Shown piece by piece: positions 38,126-50,330 of a stretch of DNA of 64,000 nt; positions within the stretch are counted from its first letter, which is position 1; the number at the start of each line of letters is the position of its first letter. A program made the position numbers and the translations under genes. Location of the stretch: contig NC_058368.1 in NCBI RefSeq assembly GCF_018350175.1, forward strand, positions 101,248,001-101,312,000. Direction: 5' to 3'. The stretch comes from Felis catus. Taxonomy: Eukaryota. The notes under the pieces were generated by a model. It was given only the letters and a program-made list of their open reading frames with translations. It made no database searches and was not told the origin of the DNA.

Positions 38126-38505
38126 TGTTATAAGATAAACGGAGACATGTTAAAATTGTGAAGGGTTTATTTGAGCATAAATTGATTGGAATCAGACCAT
38201 ATCCACTGTAGCAAATAGAAAGGAGCTCCAAGGAATTGTACGAAATGAAAGACTTTCGTAGGCTGAAGGAGATGGGAATAAGGAAATTAGGTTTTTTATT
38301 AAAAAAAAAAAAAGCATGTTCGTTATTGCAAGGTCCCTTTGCTTTTGGGCATGGCCAAGGTCTCTCAGGTGGATTATCTAACTTGTGTTGATCAGAGATA
38401 CCAGATCGACTGGTTTAAGATTCCATTTCTGGGAGAGCCAACACTAAATCCTTTCAGTGACGTGAAACTTAGCCTAAGTGACTCCATTTTGGAATGTTTT
38501 TAACA
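38126..38505 (-). mobile_element. Solo ERV1-type LTR (family uncertain)
   Basis: TGTTA...TAACA termini, tttatt (minus-strand poly-A signal) near the left end, actccattttg near the right end. Confidence 0.65.
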
Positions 38506-40239
38506 ACTGTGAGAAGGCAAGGACTGGACCTATTCATTCAACCTGTATCCTCAGAACCTCATAAATGAGCCCAGCACCTGGCATGTAGTACAAGCTTAGT
38601 ACGTAATCGTTGGTTGGGCAAGTGTGTGATTCTTCGAAGACATTTCCCTCTTCCCTCCCAACTCGTTCCTGTCCTCGAAGTGAAGTTTTACCTTCTTCCC
38701 ACCAGCCCTCTGCCTGGGAAGTGAATTTCTCTTCTGACTGTGTCCAGCAGATATTTCCGTGCTGGATCGTAGGAATCATTAATCATATATAGATAGTAAA
38801 GTCTGTTCAAAAGTTGAGTTGAAAATTCGCTTGTCATCTTGTGTCATAAAACGTTTACCTTATGTCTGCACTTGGATTAGAAGCCTTGGAAAGGTAGAGG
38901 CTTCACAGCATTCCTTCCCTAATGATTTTTACATAAATAGAGCTGGTGACTGAGTTTTATAAGGAAATGTCATCTTTCACTGCTAAAAGGAAGTGGAGAA
39001 ACAAAGATGCCCAGGTATATCCTTTGACTGCTTTCGTGTCTCAAAAACACGATTTGAAAGTGCTGGATGAAATAAGTACATTTATCATTAACAACACACT
39101 GATCTCAACTGAATCACATAACTGATTTTTTTTTAAGTCTTATCTATCTGGACAAGAAATATACCGTAATACATATAGACGCAGGGCTTTACCTGAGAAA
39201 AGGAAAAGTGTATTGACTGTGGGTGCCTTAGCATAGCATTCTACTAGCCTGTCTTTCCTGATTTAGGAGAGCTGCATTTGATGCCCGGAAGGTTCCTGAA
39301 GCCATACTTTGCCTCTGGGTTATGCTGGACTTTGTATTACTGTGCCTCCAAATTACAGAATTTGAGTATCTTTTTGAAGTGGCCCTACATATTCTTCAGA
39401 TGGGTTTCCTTCCCAAGAATCTCTTCTCGTCCCTACAGATAGACCTGTGGTTTTTCTAAGGCCACATCCCTTGAACTTATTGGTGTCTCTTCAGAGTGTG
39501 TGAACACAGAGACCATTTCTCCACTTCAGCATCTACGTAATGAAAGAAACTTCCCACCACCCACTACCTTCTCTGTTGGGTTATCACAGGGTTGAAAGTT
39601 CATCAGGTGCCCCCCCCCTCCCCAGTCCACTCCTCCCCTCCCCTCCCCCTCGCCTCACAGTCAAATAAATCAATGAGAAGAAAAAAAAAAAAGGAAGAAA
39701 GAAAATCCATCACATAAAGTGTCAGTAGGATATTGTGAGCAGATGAATGCCGATTTTAAGATCTGCTCAGGGCAGATCAGGCCCTGAGCTCCTCAGCCCG
39801 GGCTCCATTCTGTTTGTTGTTTGACGAAATCAGGTTTTCTGGGTGACCCTGAGGGTTGCCGTCGTGAGAGTCGCAACATGTCAAGCTCCCAATGGCCCAC
39901 CTGCTTCTGTGGTCTGCTCCATGAATGAGAACAGAATGCACACCTCAAGAGACTATGCAAACTTACAAAAGAAGGCTTTGCTCTGGCTTCGTATGTTGTA
40001 GTTGTGAGGCACTGTGGGAACGGGACTGTGTTTACCCTTCACATTACAAACAACCCGAGAATAATTTTGTTCCCCTCTCTCCAGGAAACCTGCTGTTTGG
40101 GGTTACAGAGCAGGCTGCCACTCCTCTTGTCATTTCTTACCCTTCACCACCTTCTAGTACAGTCATGACTCAGTTTCCTTCAGGCTGTCTTCAGAGACTC
40201 GTGGAAGATCTCTCCCTCCAGAAAGCCAGCCCAGTAGGC

Positions 40240-40430
40240 ACCAGGCGCCGTTTAAGCGCTTCCTCGGTCTTGAATCTTTACAACACTTCTCTGAGGCTGG
40301 TGCCTTTATCATCATCCCATTTTACAGGTGAGGAGACTGAGGGAAAGTTAGGTCTTGTTCCAGCTAATACGCTGAAAAATGGCAGAACGAGAATTCACAC
40401 CCAGGCAGGCTGGAGCCAGAACCCGCCGTA
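40240..40430 (-). mobile_element. MIR
   Basis: tgaatctttacaacac..catcccattttacaggtgaggagactgagg..gaattcacacccaggcaggctg. Confidence 0.85.
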
Positions 40431-40442
40431 GCTCTCTGAGCA

Positions 40443-40478
<36 letters not shown>

Positions 40479-41865
40479 CAAAAATACCTCACAGCGTAGA
40501 CATGTACTCCCAGGCAACCAAACTCCCCTACTCCCATCATACTGGCCTTCTCCTCCCCTCCCCTCCCCTCTCCTCCCAGCTCCTCCCCCACCTCTTGTTG
40601 GAAGCAAACTTAAGGGTGCTATCAACTTGGATTTTTCACTCCAACTTGGCCAAATAGAAATCCCGTGCTTTCACTCTCTTGAAAACCATCTTAGATTTTT
40701 ATGTAACTTGATACTTGAACAAAGAACTCCTTAAAAAAAAAAAAAAGCAAAGCTCTGTGTTAGAGTTGCATTATCCTCTTGGATACATGCGTTCTACTTA
40801 AGAGCTTACCATTCTCCCCACAAGCCAGTGTGGGGAGGAGGTAATATGTCTTTGGCTCTTGAACGCTGCTGGCCCCCAAACCTCATTATGGCAAGTCCCT
40901 TTTCGAAGCTGGGCTGTAGCTCTAGACAAATGGTTGTATGAAGTTTTAAATAAACATACAACATTTACGTTACGCTGTTTCTGGAAATGATTTATCGTCA
41001 TTTCGTTCTCTGAGTCCTGCTCTCTGGACATAAAAGACATGAGCTTTTGCTGTTTATACAAACCAAATCCTCTGTTTGCTCTGATTAAGCATTCATGGGT
41101 CTTTAATACAGCACAGGCTTGAGATTGGGGATTATTCCCTTTGGGAGTGGTGGAATTAAATACATTAGCCAACAGAGATAAGCAAGGGCCCTGGAGTTTA
41201 ATTGCCATTAAAACAGATATGGAGGGTAACAAAAATAGAAGTCAGGAAAACAGCCTGTATTCTCCTTCTCCGCCCTGGTGGATCAGTTTCCAGGATTATG
41301 TGACTCACAGCCTGTCAAAGCCTGCCACGCTAATGGCTTGGAAGATGCGAGAAAAAGGTGGCAGTTGTCTTGGGAGGCTAGCTGGTTCCCGAGTCCCTAG
41401 ATGCTTTGTGCCCAGGAAAATGGTACTGTAACGTGAGGGGACCTCAGCACTGCCCATGGCGGAGAGACTTCTGGTCTACCTGTTCTAGGCACAGTTGACC
41501 ATCAGTGAAACATAATTAAATTAACCCCAACTGTCGTGTCTCTCAGAATGCGTTTGAGAAATACCGAGAGAAAAACCACGATCTTCTTTGGCCCCCACCG
41601 CTGACGGGACAGAGAGGGACTTTTCAAAGTTAACTTCAGTTGGCAGCTTTTTTATTTTTCATAATTTCATAATTGGCTGGTCTGTCAGCAATTTTTTTTT
41701 TCCTCCTTTCTCTTTGTGGATATTGTAAATGGATCTTGTCACATTCCCCCCAGAAGCTGACACTTGGAGCCAGCCATGGCCATGGGATGGGCGACCTGTC
41801 CAGTTAACTCATATGGAGTAGATAGGATGGACTGTTTTGTCTTGTTTTTTTGAAATATCCCTCTG

Positions 41866-42095
41866 GGGGCGCCTGGGTGGCGCAGTCGGTTAAGCGTCCG
41901 ACTTCAGCCAGGTCATGATCTCGCGGTCCGTGAGTTCGAGCCCCGCGTCGGGCTCTGGGCTGATGGCTCGGAGCCTGGAGCCTGTTTCCGATTCTGTGTC
42001 TCCCTCTCTCTCTGCCCTTCCCCCGTTCATGCTCTGTCTGTCTCTGTCCCAAAAATAAATAAACGTTGAAAAAAATATATTAAAAAATAAAATAA
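41866..42095 (+). mobile_element. Young feline CanSINE
   Basis: TSD aaatatccctctg. Confidence 0.97.
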
Positions 42096-42182
42096 AATAT
42101 CCCTCTGTGAGTCCAATAGATTTTCACCTCGATTTGGAAATCTTTAACTTTCCTGGTTTTTAAGTTTAAAATCAGACCAGAA

Positions 42183-42216
42183 GTGTCCCCTTCCGCGGCA
42201 CATACGTTAAAATCGG
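42183..42216 (+). pseudogene. Diverged 3'-truncated U6 snRNA retrocopy (U6 nt 1-34)
   Basis: gtgtccccttccgcggcacatacgttaaaatcgg vs U6 gtgctcgcttcggcagcacatatactaaaattgg: 25/34 ungapped from nt 1. Preceded by TTTAAAA. Confidence 0.55.
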
Positions 42217-42339
42217 GAAAACCAGCTGGGGGGAAACACAACCGAGTCTTGGCATTTTGAGCCATGAGAATTAACATAAACACCTCAGAGGAGTTTGTCA
42301 GGATGAGGGAAACCTTGAATTAAAAATACACTGGCTGAT

Positions 42340-42560
42340 TTAATTTATTTGAAATTGGCAAAACTAATTCATAGTGACAGAAAGCAGATCAGAGTTTTCC
42401 TGACACCAGGGGAGCAGGGGAGGGCAGTGATGGACTGAAAAAGAGCAGGGGAACTTCTGGGGGTGTTGGAAACGGTCTACATTTTAACTGTAGGAGTTGG
42501 ACGAATTCAACTCATAATACTATACACTTAAATTCATTCATTTTATTGTATATAAATGAG
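42340..42560 (+). mobile_element. Old L1ME 3' end
   Basis: ggcaaaactaattcatagtgacagaaagcagatcag..gaacttctgggggtgttggaaac. Confidence 0.8.
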
Positions 42561-44924
42561 TTCCTGAGAAGCCATGGAAAACCTTTCTGAATCCTCTTTT
42601 ATTTTTAATATAAAAGAAAACGGTTGAACTCCTACTCACGGAGTCATTAATGGTAGAATGGATTTTTTTTTTTTGCCAAACAAAAATAATATATATCCAT
42701 CAGCTTTAAGTGCTGTAGCTGACAGGCGGAGCTTTTCTCGCCAACTGCTATCTGAGAAGTTTCGGGCTGGCTCTCCCCCACGCTGCACATGGTTTTCCTT
42801 GCTGAACACGCTGGTGTGTTTCATTCTCAGTAATGGATCGCCAGGCACCCAAATTAATTGCAAGATGTACTTTAATCTCTCACACGAACGTGGAAATAAG
42901 TATCCATCAACTTTGTGCCCAGCACGTCGTTTTTATCCCCCCAAGTGGCAGTTGGGGACAAGTTCTGGAAAGTTATCTGTATTTTTCTTCACGGAGGCCA
43001 GTTAGACGTGGGACTGGGAGGGTGCTTGAGGTCAACCCCAGCTCCTAAAAGAGAATGGAGTCTGCAGGATGCCAGAGAGGCCACAGTGGCCAAGTGCACA
43101 GATCTATGGAGCTGCTGTGGATGCGCCCTGGGTCCCAGGTCTGGGTCCCTGGGTCCCACCCCCCGTTCCCCCATCATGCCCTACCACTCCCCTCTTTCCT
43201 GCACTTGCCTCGCACCGGATAGTCCACCCACCTCAACATGCACCCTCTGCACCCAGCACTCTCCCCACTACAGCGGCTCACCACCACCCTGGATAGTTTA
43301 GGTTTGGGGATTCAACAGTTGACAGTGAGCATTCCCCTAGAGGAGAAGCAGCTAGAGCCCAGCCATTTCTCTCTGTCTGTGGTCCCTCAAGCTCTTGGAG
43401 TGTTTACACTAAACTGCAGGCCGGGGAAGAGAATTTACAGCCTTATCACGGAATTTAAGGTGCTGTTAGTTCGGGGGGTGTGGAAGGGGGCATGTGTCTC
43501 TCCCTAGCTCATTTTCCACGGGAGACTTTTGGCTTCATGCAGGCTGGTGGTTATTTTACTTTCTCTCCTCTCCTCTGCCTGAAGTTCCTCTTTGAAGATT
43601 TTCTGTCCTGTGTATTGGGATAACGAGGGTTTATTTTTTATTTCTCTTCCGGTATTATTGTCAGGAGATGATTGCTATTGGAAAGTATTTTTTAAAAGCC
43701 ACAAATTAGACTTAATCAATATAAAGATTGCTACAGATCAGTGTTTCTCCTTTTAAGAACTTAGCATCTCTTAAATGCGGAGGAATATTTAGAGTATCCA
43801 TAAGGTGTAAACAACATTGTACAGTGAATACGGAATGTAAGTAAAGAGCAAGTGCACTATAACCATTTCCTTGTCAGATCTTTGATTTTTTTTGTAAGAT
43901 CTTTTCTTTTGTAAGATCCGTGATCCCTGTCCTCTCAAACCCTGAATGCTCCTTACTATCAAGTCACTTGACCATGTGTTTCCATCTGTAAAAACGTGTT
44001 GTTTGGATTTGTGCACGTTTTTGAACTGCATATACATAAGATCATGGTAAACCTATTCTTGGCGGCTTGATTTCAAGTAACATTATGTTCCTAAGAGTCC
44101 TTCCGTTTGCTGCAGGTAGATAGAATTCAGTCAGGTTAACTCCTGGATTCTTCCATTCTGTTGGTGGTGGACATTGGGTTATTCCCGATTGCTTCTATTT
44201 CATGAGTGCTGTTGTGAATGTTTGTACACATTTCTCCTGGTATGTAGTCTAGAGTTTTCTAGGCCTAGGAAAAGTAGCTGGGTCATAGGTCTGTGCATCT
44301 TTATTGGTAATGCCTAATTGTGTTCCATACTGGCCATACCGATGTACTTTCCATGGCGGTATATGTGGAAACTGTGCCTCCCTTCCCTGATAATTAATAT
44401 TGTCAGGCTTCTGGTTTTCTTGTTGCCAATTTGATGGTAACAAGATGGATCCTTACGGTGATTTTAACTTGCATGTCTCCAGTTACTCCCGAGCTTGCAT
44501 ATCTTTTCGTTGGCCATCTGGATTTCCTCTTCTGTGAAGGGCCTGTTTTCCATTGCCCATTTCCTCTTGTTAGTTGTGTATTTTGCAAATATTTTCTCTT
44601 GATTTGTGGCATGTCCTTTCACTGTCTTTATGGTAAATTTTGGTGAACTGAGGTTCTTCGTTTAATGTAGTTTATCAGTCTTTGTATAGATTTTTTTTTG
44701 TCTTATTTGAGAAACTCTACTTTAATCCTAGGTTATAAAGATAGTCTCCCATATTTTCTAACAGTTTTATAACTTCACTTTGTACATTTAAGTCTGCAAC
44801 CCACCTGGAGTTGATTTTCGTACGTGGCATGTGGTACAGACCCAATTCCTTCTTTACCATGTGGATATCCAGTTGCCTCAGTAACCTTTATTAAAGTCCC
44901 TGAAATGTATTGGTTCCTGTCAAA

Positions 44925-44926
<2 letters not shown>

Positions 44927-44968
<42 letters not shown>
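44927..44968. repeat. (GT)21 microsatellite
   Basis: Read directly. Confidence 0.97.
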
Positions 44969-44971
<3 letters not shown>

Positions 44972-45330
44972 TGTTTTCTGGGCTCTCTATTCTGTTCATT
45001 TAATCTATTTCTCTACCCCTAATTTGGTAACATACTGAATCATCTATTACAGTTTCATTGTAAATGGTGATAGCTATTAAATTCCCCTCTTGACCCCCTC
45101 ATATTCCATGTAAATATTAAAATTAGCTTGTCAGTTTCATATAAAAAAACTTCAGGGAATTTTATTGGAATCTTACTGAATCCTAAATATCAGTTGGGGG
45201 AACAGTATAACTTTAATGAGGTTGAACTTTTCAATCCATGAACATGGTATATGATTTTATTTAAGCATTCTTCAATCTATTTCCAAAAAGCTTTATGATT
45301 TTTTTTCATGCAAGTTGTACCTCTTTTCTT

Positions 45331-45545
45331 TTTTTTTTTTTTTAGCATTATTTATTTTTGAGAGATGGAGAGAGACAGAGCATGAGTGAGGGAAGGGCAG
45401 AAAGAGAAGGAGACACAGAATCCGAAGCAGGCTCCAGGCTCTAATTGTCAGCACAGAGCCTGATGTGGGGCCCAAACCCACAAACCACGAGATCATGATC
45501 TCAGCTGAAGTTGTACGCTTAACCTACTGACCTACCCAGACACTC
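45331..45545 (-). mobile_element. CanSINE (older)
   Basis: Flanked by ttgtac(ac)ctcttttctt. Confidence 0.93.
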
Positions 45546-45563
45546 TTGTACACCTCTTTTCTT

Positions 45564-45791
45564 TTTTTTTTTTTTTAATTTTTTTTTTCAGCGTTTATTT
45601 ATTTTTGGGACAGAGAGAGACAGAGCATGAACGGGGGAGGGGCAGAGAGAGAGGGAGACACAGAATCGGAAACAGGCTCTAGGCTCCGAGCCATCAGCCC
45701 AGAGCCCGACACGGGGCTCGAACTCACGGACCGCGAGATCGTGACCTGGCTGAAGTCGGACGCTTAACCGACTGCGCCACCCAGGCGCCCC
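45564..45791 (-). mobile_element. Young feline CanSINE
   Basis: Perfect TSD tgtacacctcttttctt. Confidence 0.97.
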
Positions 45792-46700
45792 TGTACACCT
45801 CTTTTCTTAAATGTATTCCTAGAATATACATATGTTTGATGATATATTAATGATACTTAAAAAAGAACTGCAGCGGTATAGAGAAATGGAATTGATTTTG
45901 TTGTCCTTTGATTTTTGCATCAAGAAACTTGTGATTCTTGATCTGTAGATTATTTTCTTTTACACAATAGTTTTATGTGGGAATATAGTTTTGTTACTTT
46001 CCAGTTCTTATACTTATTTATGTTTCTTGCCTTAACTTCGCTGGAGAAAGTTTGAATAGAATTAAGAATAGCAGGCAACTTTGTCTTCTGACTTTAAAAG
46101 GAATGCTTGCAGCATTTCACCATTATATGTAATGTTGTCTCTAGAAACCCTTTATCAGTGGTCAATAAATATAGCTCTATTCCTTCTTGGATAAGATGTT
46201 TTTATTATGACTATATATTCAATTTTGTTAAACATTTTTTCATTACTGAGATAACCACATGGCTTTTGCCTATTATTGTGATGAATTTCTGTAGTTGATT
46301 TTCTAATGTTAAAATAACATTGCGATGTAGGAAAAAAACTCAACTTGATCATGATATGTAACTTACTTTACATTATTGGGTTTGGTTTGCTAATAGTTTT
46401 CTTAGGATTTTTCTGTCTAATGTCCCAAGTCTTTATTTTGTAGAAGCAAAATAATTTCACCAATCTGTACCCAGTCTCAATGATACTGAAGCTTACAGAC
46501 TAACTAAAAAACTATTTTCCACTTTGTGACCTGGAAATGTGTGCTTCATGTAAAAGTCTTTCATGAATATCCTAGAATCACAGTGAATGGTTGCTATTTC
46601 ACCCCTCAGATTTATTCTGTACCTTTTGAATTTTAAACCTTGAATTCATATACTGAGCAACTTTTCAACCAACATGAGAGAAAACTAAATTTGAAGGTGA

Positions 46701-46918
46701 GGGGTGCCTGGGTGGCTCAGTCGGTTAAGCCTCTGACTTTGGCTCAGGTCATGATATCTGAGGTTGGTGAGTTTGAGCCCCCTGTCCGGCTCTGTGCTGA
46801 CAGCTCAGAGCCTGGAGCCTGCTTCAGATTCTGTGTCTCCCTCCCTTTCTGCCCCTCCCCAGCTTGCTTGCTCTCTCACTCTCTCTCTCTCTCTCAAAAA
46901 TAAATAAACATTAAAAAA
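46701..46918 (+). mobile_element. CanSINE
   Basis: TSD aatttgaag(g/t)tga. Confidence 0.95.
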
Positions 46919-47038
46919 ATTGAATTTGAAGTTGATACTTGAAGGTGATAGATGGAGATTAACAGTTTACACCTCGTTACTGAGTACCTTTAGCCATAAA
47001 GAAGCATCCAGGTTTTGTGTCTGCAGAAAAGATACAGC

Positions 47039-47049
47039 TGTGTGTGCGC

Positions 47050-47082
<33 letters not shown>

Positions 47083-47093
47083 CACGCGTGCGC
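47039..47093. repeat. Compound (TG)/(CG)/(CA) alternating purine-pyrimidine tract
   Basis: 55 bp of unbroken alternation. Confidence 0.95.
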
Positions 47094-48110
47094 TCCCAAA
47101 CACTTATGCTTATTAGATTGCTTTGCTTGCCTGGGTTTTCGTCACAATTCAATCATAAGCCTTTTGGGGAGAGGCCATACAGTCCCTTGTCCTAATCTGG
47201 TCTGCCCTAGTGCGCATGCTTTGTGCTCTGTCCAGGGCACCCGGTGCGCTCCATAAATAGGGACCGATTGTCGAGCTCTCAAATAAACATGCTGTGTGGG
47301 GCAGCGGTAAAAGCCAGTGTCTCAGGCCTTCGTGCTTCTCAACAATCACTTAAGATTTCAAAAACATTTGTCTAGCTTTGCAGTCAGGCTTCCCACAGGG
47401 GAGTAAACAACACTGAGCTAAAGATGCATGCTCTGGAAAACCAAGTCCGTTGCAGAGCCCTCACGTGAATTCCCAAGATAACATGTAGTGCGGGAGATAG
47501 GTTCAGTGTGAACCTTCCCCCAGCGTGTCTATTTCTACATGATCCGGTTGACTTTTAAAAGGAATCCAACCTTTCATTTTGTTAGTGATCCCTTTTGGTC
47601 TGGGATCCCTTTTATGGCAGTAGGACTGGAGCCCTTCATCTTATTAGAAGTGTTAGTGGACGTGATTGTTTGGAAATGAGTATGATTGAACAGGGCCATT
47701 ATGTGGAAGAATTTTTGAAAAGTGAGAGCATAGCTAAAACAAACACTATTTTTAAAGCTGGATCTATTGACCTTGGGAACCACAAAATCATCATTTACGG
47801 ACTAACGCTGGACTGCTTGCCGTTTGTTCATTTGAACACCGGTGGCCAAGCACACTATTCGCTCGGGCTCCAGAATCGGGTTGGCTGGTGATGAGACCCA
47901 CTGCTCCCAGTCTAAAACTCTGTTCTGCACTTCTTGGTTTCCTATTACAGGGTGAAAGGTGGGGAGGGGCAGGAGAAAATGGCTGAGAGTGCAGGTGTCT
48001 CTCCAGGGATCCTTGAGAAGCCCTTGAAATGAACTCCTGGAGCAGGGGGAGAAAGGCTATATGTCACTGATACTGTGATTTAAAATATTCTAGTAAAAAC
48101 CTCTAAGAGT

Positions 48111-48325
48111 GGGGTGCCTGAGTGGCTCAGTTGGTTAAGCATCTGACTCTTAATTTGGGCTCAACTCATGATTTCGCGGTCATGAGATGGAGTTTGCTGT
48201 CGGGCTCCATGCTGAGCACCAAGCCTGCTTAGGATTCTTTCTCCCTCTTTCTCTGCCCCACACCCACTCATTCCCTCTCTCTCTCTCCCCCTTTCTCAAA
48301 AATACATGAACATTAAAAAAAAAAA
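48111..48325 (+). mobile_element. Older CanSINE
   Basis: Head ggggtgcctgagtggctcagttgg, CT tract, tail. Confidence 0.92.
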
Positions 48326-49289
48326 GTGCTCAGTGCAAATGCCTCATTTTTACAGGCAGGGAAACGGCACAGGAAGGATGTCCTATGACTTGTTCAGTAC
48401 CCGTCACTTAACTGGTTGATGCTGGAACTGAAGTGGAACCCCACATTCCTGACTCGCACAGGCCAGACCTTTGCTCTGGTCTAAAGATGTCACTGATTCA
48501 CCTGGGCCCATTTTGAAAATAAGTTGCTTACTTGATCCTATTTGGTCTTGCACTGCGATGGCCAAGGGGTACTAATAGGTCACACATTTGGACTTTTTGT
48601 AACACAATAGTCAGTTGAAGGTCTTGAGCGGCGAGGATATTCGTTTTCGCGTGTCCTCCAAAGGCGAGTGCAGGATTTAGAGATGTCCTCAGAAGGCCAG
48701 ATTCTCTGCATTTTTCTGCTAGACTGTGACCAGTCTGTTGGCTTTTGTCTTCCAATCCAAGAAGGCTCCTCTGGCTCCAGGCTTCGAATTCACCCACCAC
48801 AAGGCCGAAAATGGTGTGTGTCTTAATTACGTAACTCTAATGTTCTTAAGTAACTATTTGTTGGCGAGGAAGGCCATTCCCAGGAGCCCCCGGGCTGCCT
48901 CTTCTGAGATCTCCATGCTCTAGCCCCATGCTCTAGCTATGAGGAAGGTTGGGGAACTAATTCTTTAGTATTTAAGGGCTCTGTAGGGAGATGAGCTCCG
49001 CTAATCAGGAAGACAGAAGGCTGCAAGGTCGCTTGGTGAGACAACCCAGTGACCGCCGCGTCAGGCTAATTTTGATCATCTCAAAACATCTGCTTGACCA
49101 AGGGAAGTTGCCGACTGGATGTAATACCATGTCATCAGCACTCCTAATGGGTAGCTCCTCACCTAGGGGACTTACCCGGCCAGATGAAGTGGCCTATATT
49201 TAAAGCACAAACCGGAAACGTTCATCTTGCTTTCCTTTCTTGTCCTTTTTGTCTTTCTTTCCTTCCTTTCCTTCTTGACTTTCTTCTTT

Positions 49290-49700
49290 GACGGCAGGTA
49301 GGCTTACCACAAAGTTGAGGGGGAGGAAGAGGGTGGGAATATTTCCCATAGACCTCCTGCCCTCCCACCCCGGCATTGTCAACATCACTCACCTGAGGGG
49401 TGCATTTTTTTTTCAGGCCAGACATGAACCCACACTGACAGAGCAAAATCACCCCAAGTCCATGGTTTACCTCAGCGTTCACTCTTGGTGTTGATGAATG
49501 TATAGGTTTGGACAAGTGTGTAATGACCTATGGCCAGGACAATATCTTACTAAGTATTCTCACTGCTCTAAGAATCCTCTGTGCTCCGCCTATTTATGTC
49601 TTCCCATCCCCAACTCAGCAATGACTGATTGTTTTATTGTCGCCAGAGTCTGGCCTTTCTCAGAATATGTATTTTTATATTTCATGGAATCAGAGACACA
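49290..49700 (-). mobile_element. L1MC1/2-like 3' end
   Basis: catgaacccacactgaca..caagtccatggtttac..gttcactcttggtgttg..aatcctctgtgctcc. Confidence 0.85.
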
Positions 49701-49740
49701 ATTACTTAAAAAAAAAAAAAAAAAAAAAAAAAACTATGTA

Positions 49741-49764
49741 GTTTCCCATCCGAGTACTAACCAG
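49741..49764 (-). pseudogene. 5S rRNA fragment (about nt 68-91)
   Basis: Reverse complement ctggttagtactcggatgggaaac vs vertebrate 5S CTGGTTAGTACTTGGATGGGAGAC: 22/24. Confidence 0.7.
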
Positions 49765-50330
49765 ATTTCACTAATTTGTGGAATTTAAGAAACAAAACAG
49801 ATGGACGCAGGGAGAGGGGAGAAAAAAATAAGATAAAAGCACAGAGGGAAGCAGACCATGAGAGAGTTTTAAATACAGAGAACAGGGGCGCCTGGGTGGC
49901 GCATTCGGTTAAGCGTCCGACTTCAGCCAGGTCACGATCTCGCAGTCCGTGAGTTCGAGCCCCGCGTCAGGCTCTGGGCTGATGGCTCGGAGCCTGGAGC
50001 CTGTTTCTGATTCTGTGTCTCCCTCTCTCTCTGCCCCTCCCCCGTTCATGCTCTATCTCTCTCTGTCCCAAAAATAAATAAAAAGCGTTGAAAAAAAAAT
50101 AAAAAATAAATAAATAAATACAGAGAACAAACAGGATTGCTGGAGGGGAGGTGGGTGGGGGGATGGGCTAAATGGGTGATGGGCATTAAGAAGGGTCCTT
50201 TGCTGGAATGAGCTCTGGGTGTTATATGTAAGTGATGAATCACTAAATTCTACTCCTGAAACCAACACTATGCTCTGTGTTAACTAGCTTGGATTTGAGT
50301 AAAGTTTAACAAAAAATTTTTTTTGGAAAG
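49765..50330 (+). mobile_element. Carnivore L1 3' UTR, heavily 5'-truncated, with nested SINE
   Basis: atttcact..tgtggaatttaagaaacaaaacagatg..gggtgatgggcattaag..gatgaatcactaaattctactcctgaaacc. Confidence 0.92.
49885..50115 (+). mobile_element. Young feline CanSINE
   Basis: TSD aaatacagagaaca. Confidence 0.97.

Larger units (their letters stand above)
43785..46415 (-). mobile_element. Old L1 (L1ME-like) 3' UTR and ORF2, interrupted by SINEs and (GT)n
   Basis: Minus-strand peptides such as RIESPE.. and ..KYLQNTQLTRG are L1 ORF2-like; continuous antisense L1 text. Confidence 0.85.

Noticed and set aside
39925..40431. Longest ORF in the track (168 aa)
   Set aside because: The C-terminal part is a MIR translation (HFTGEETE); no recognisable domain.
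49170..49290. Strong minus-strand splice donor (CGG/GTAAGT) with a Lys/Glu-rich frame upstream
   Set aside because: The frame comes from a pyrimidine low-complexity tract at an L1 tail and stops before the donor. Isolated splice-like sites elsewhere (19074, 35640, 47950) could not be joined into a gene.
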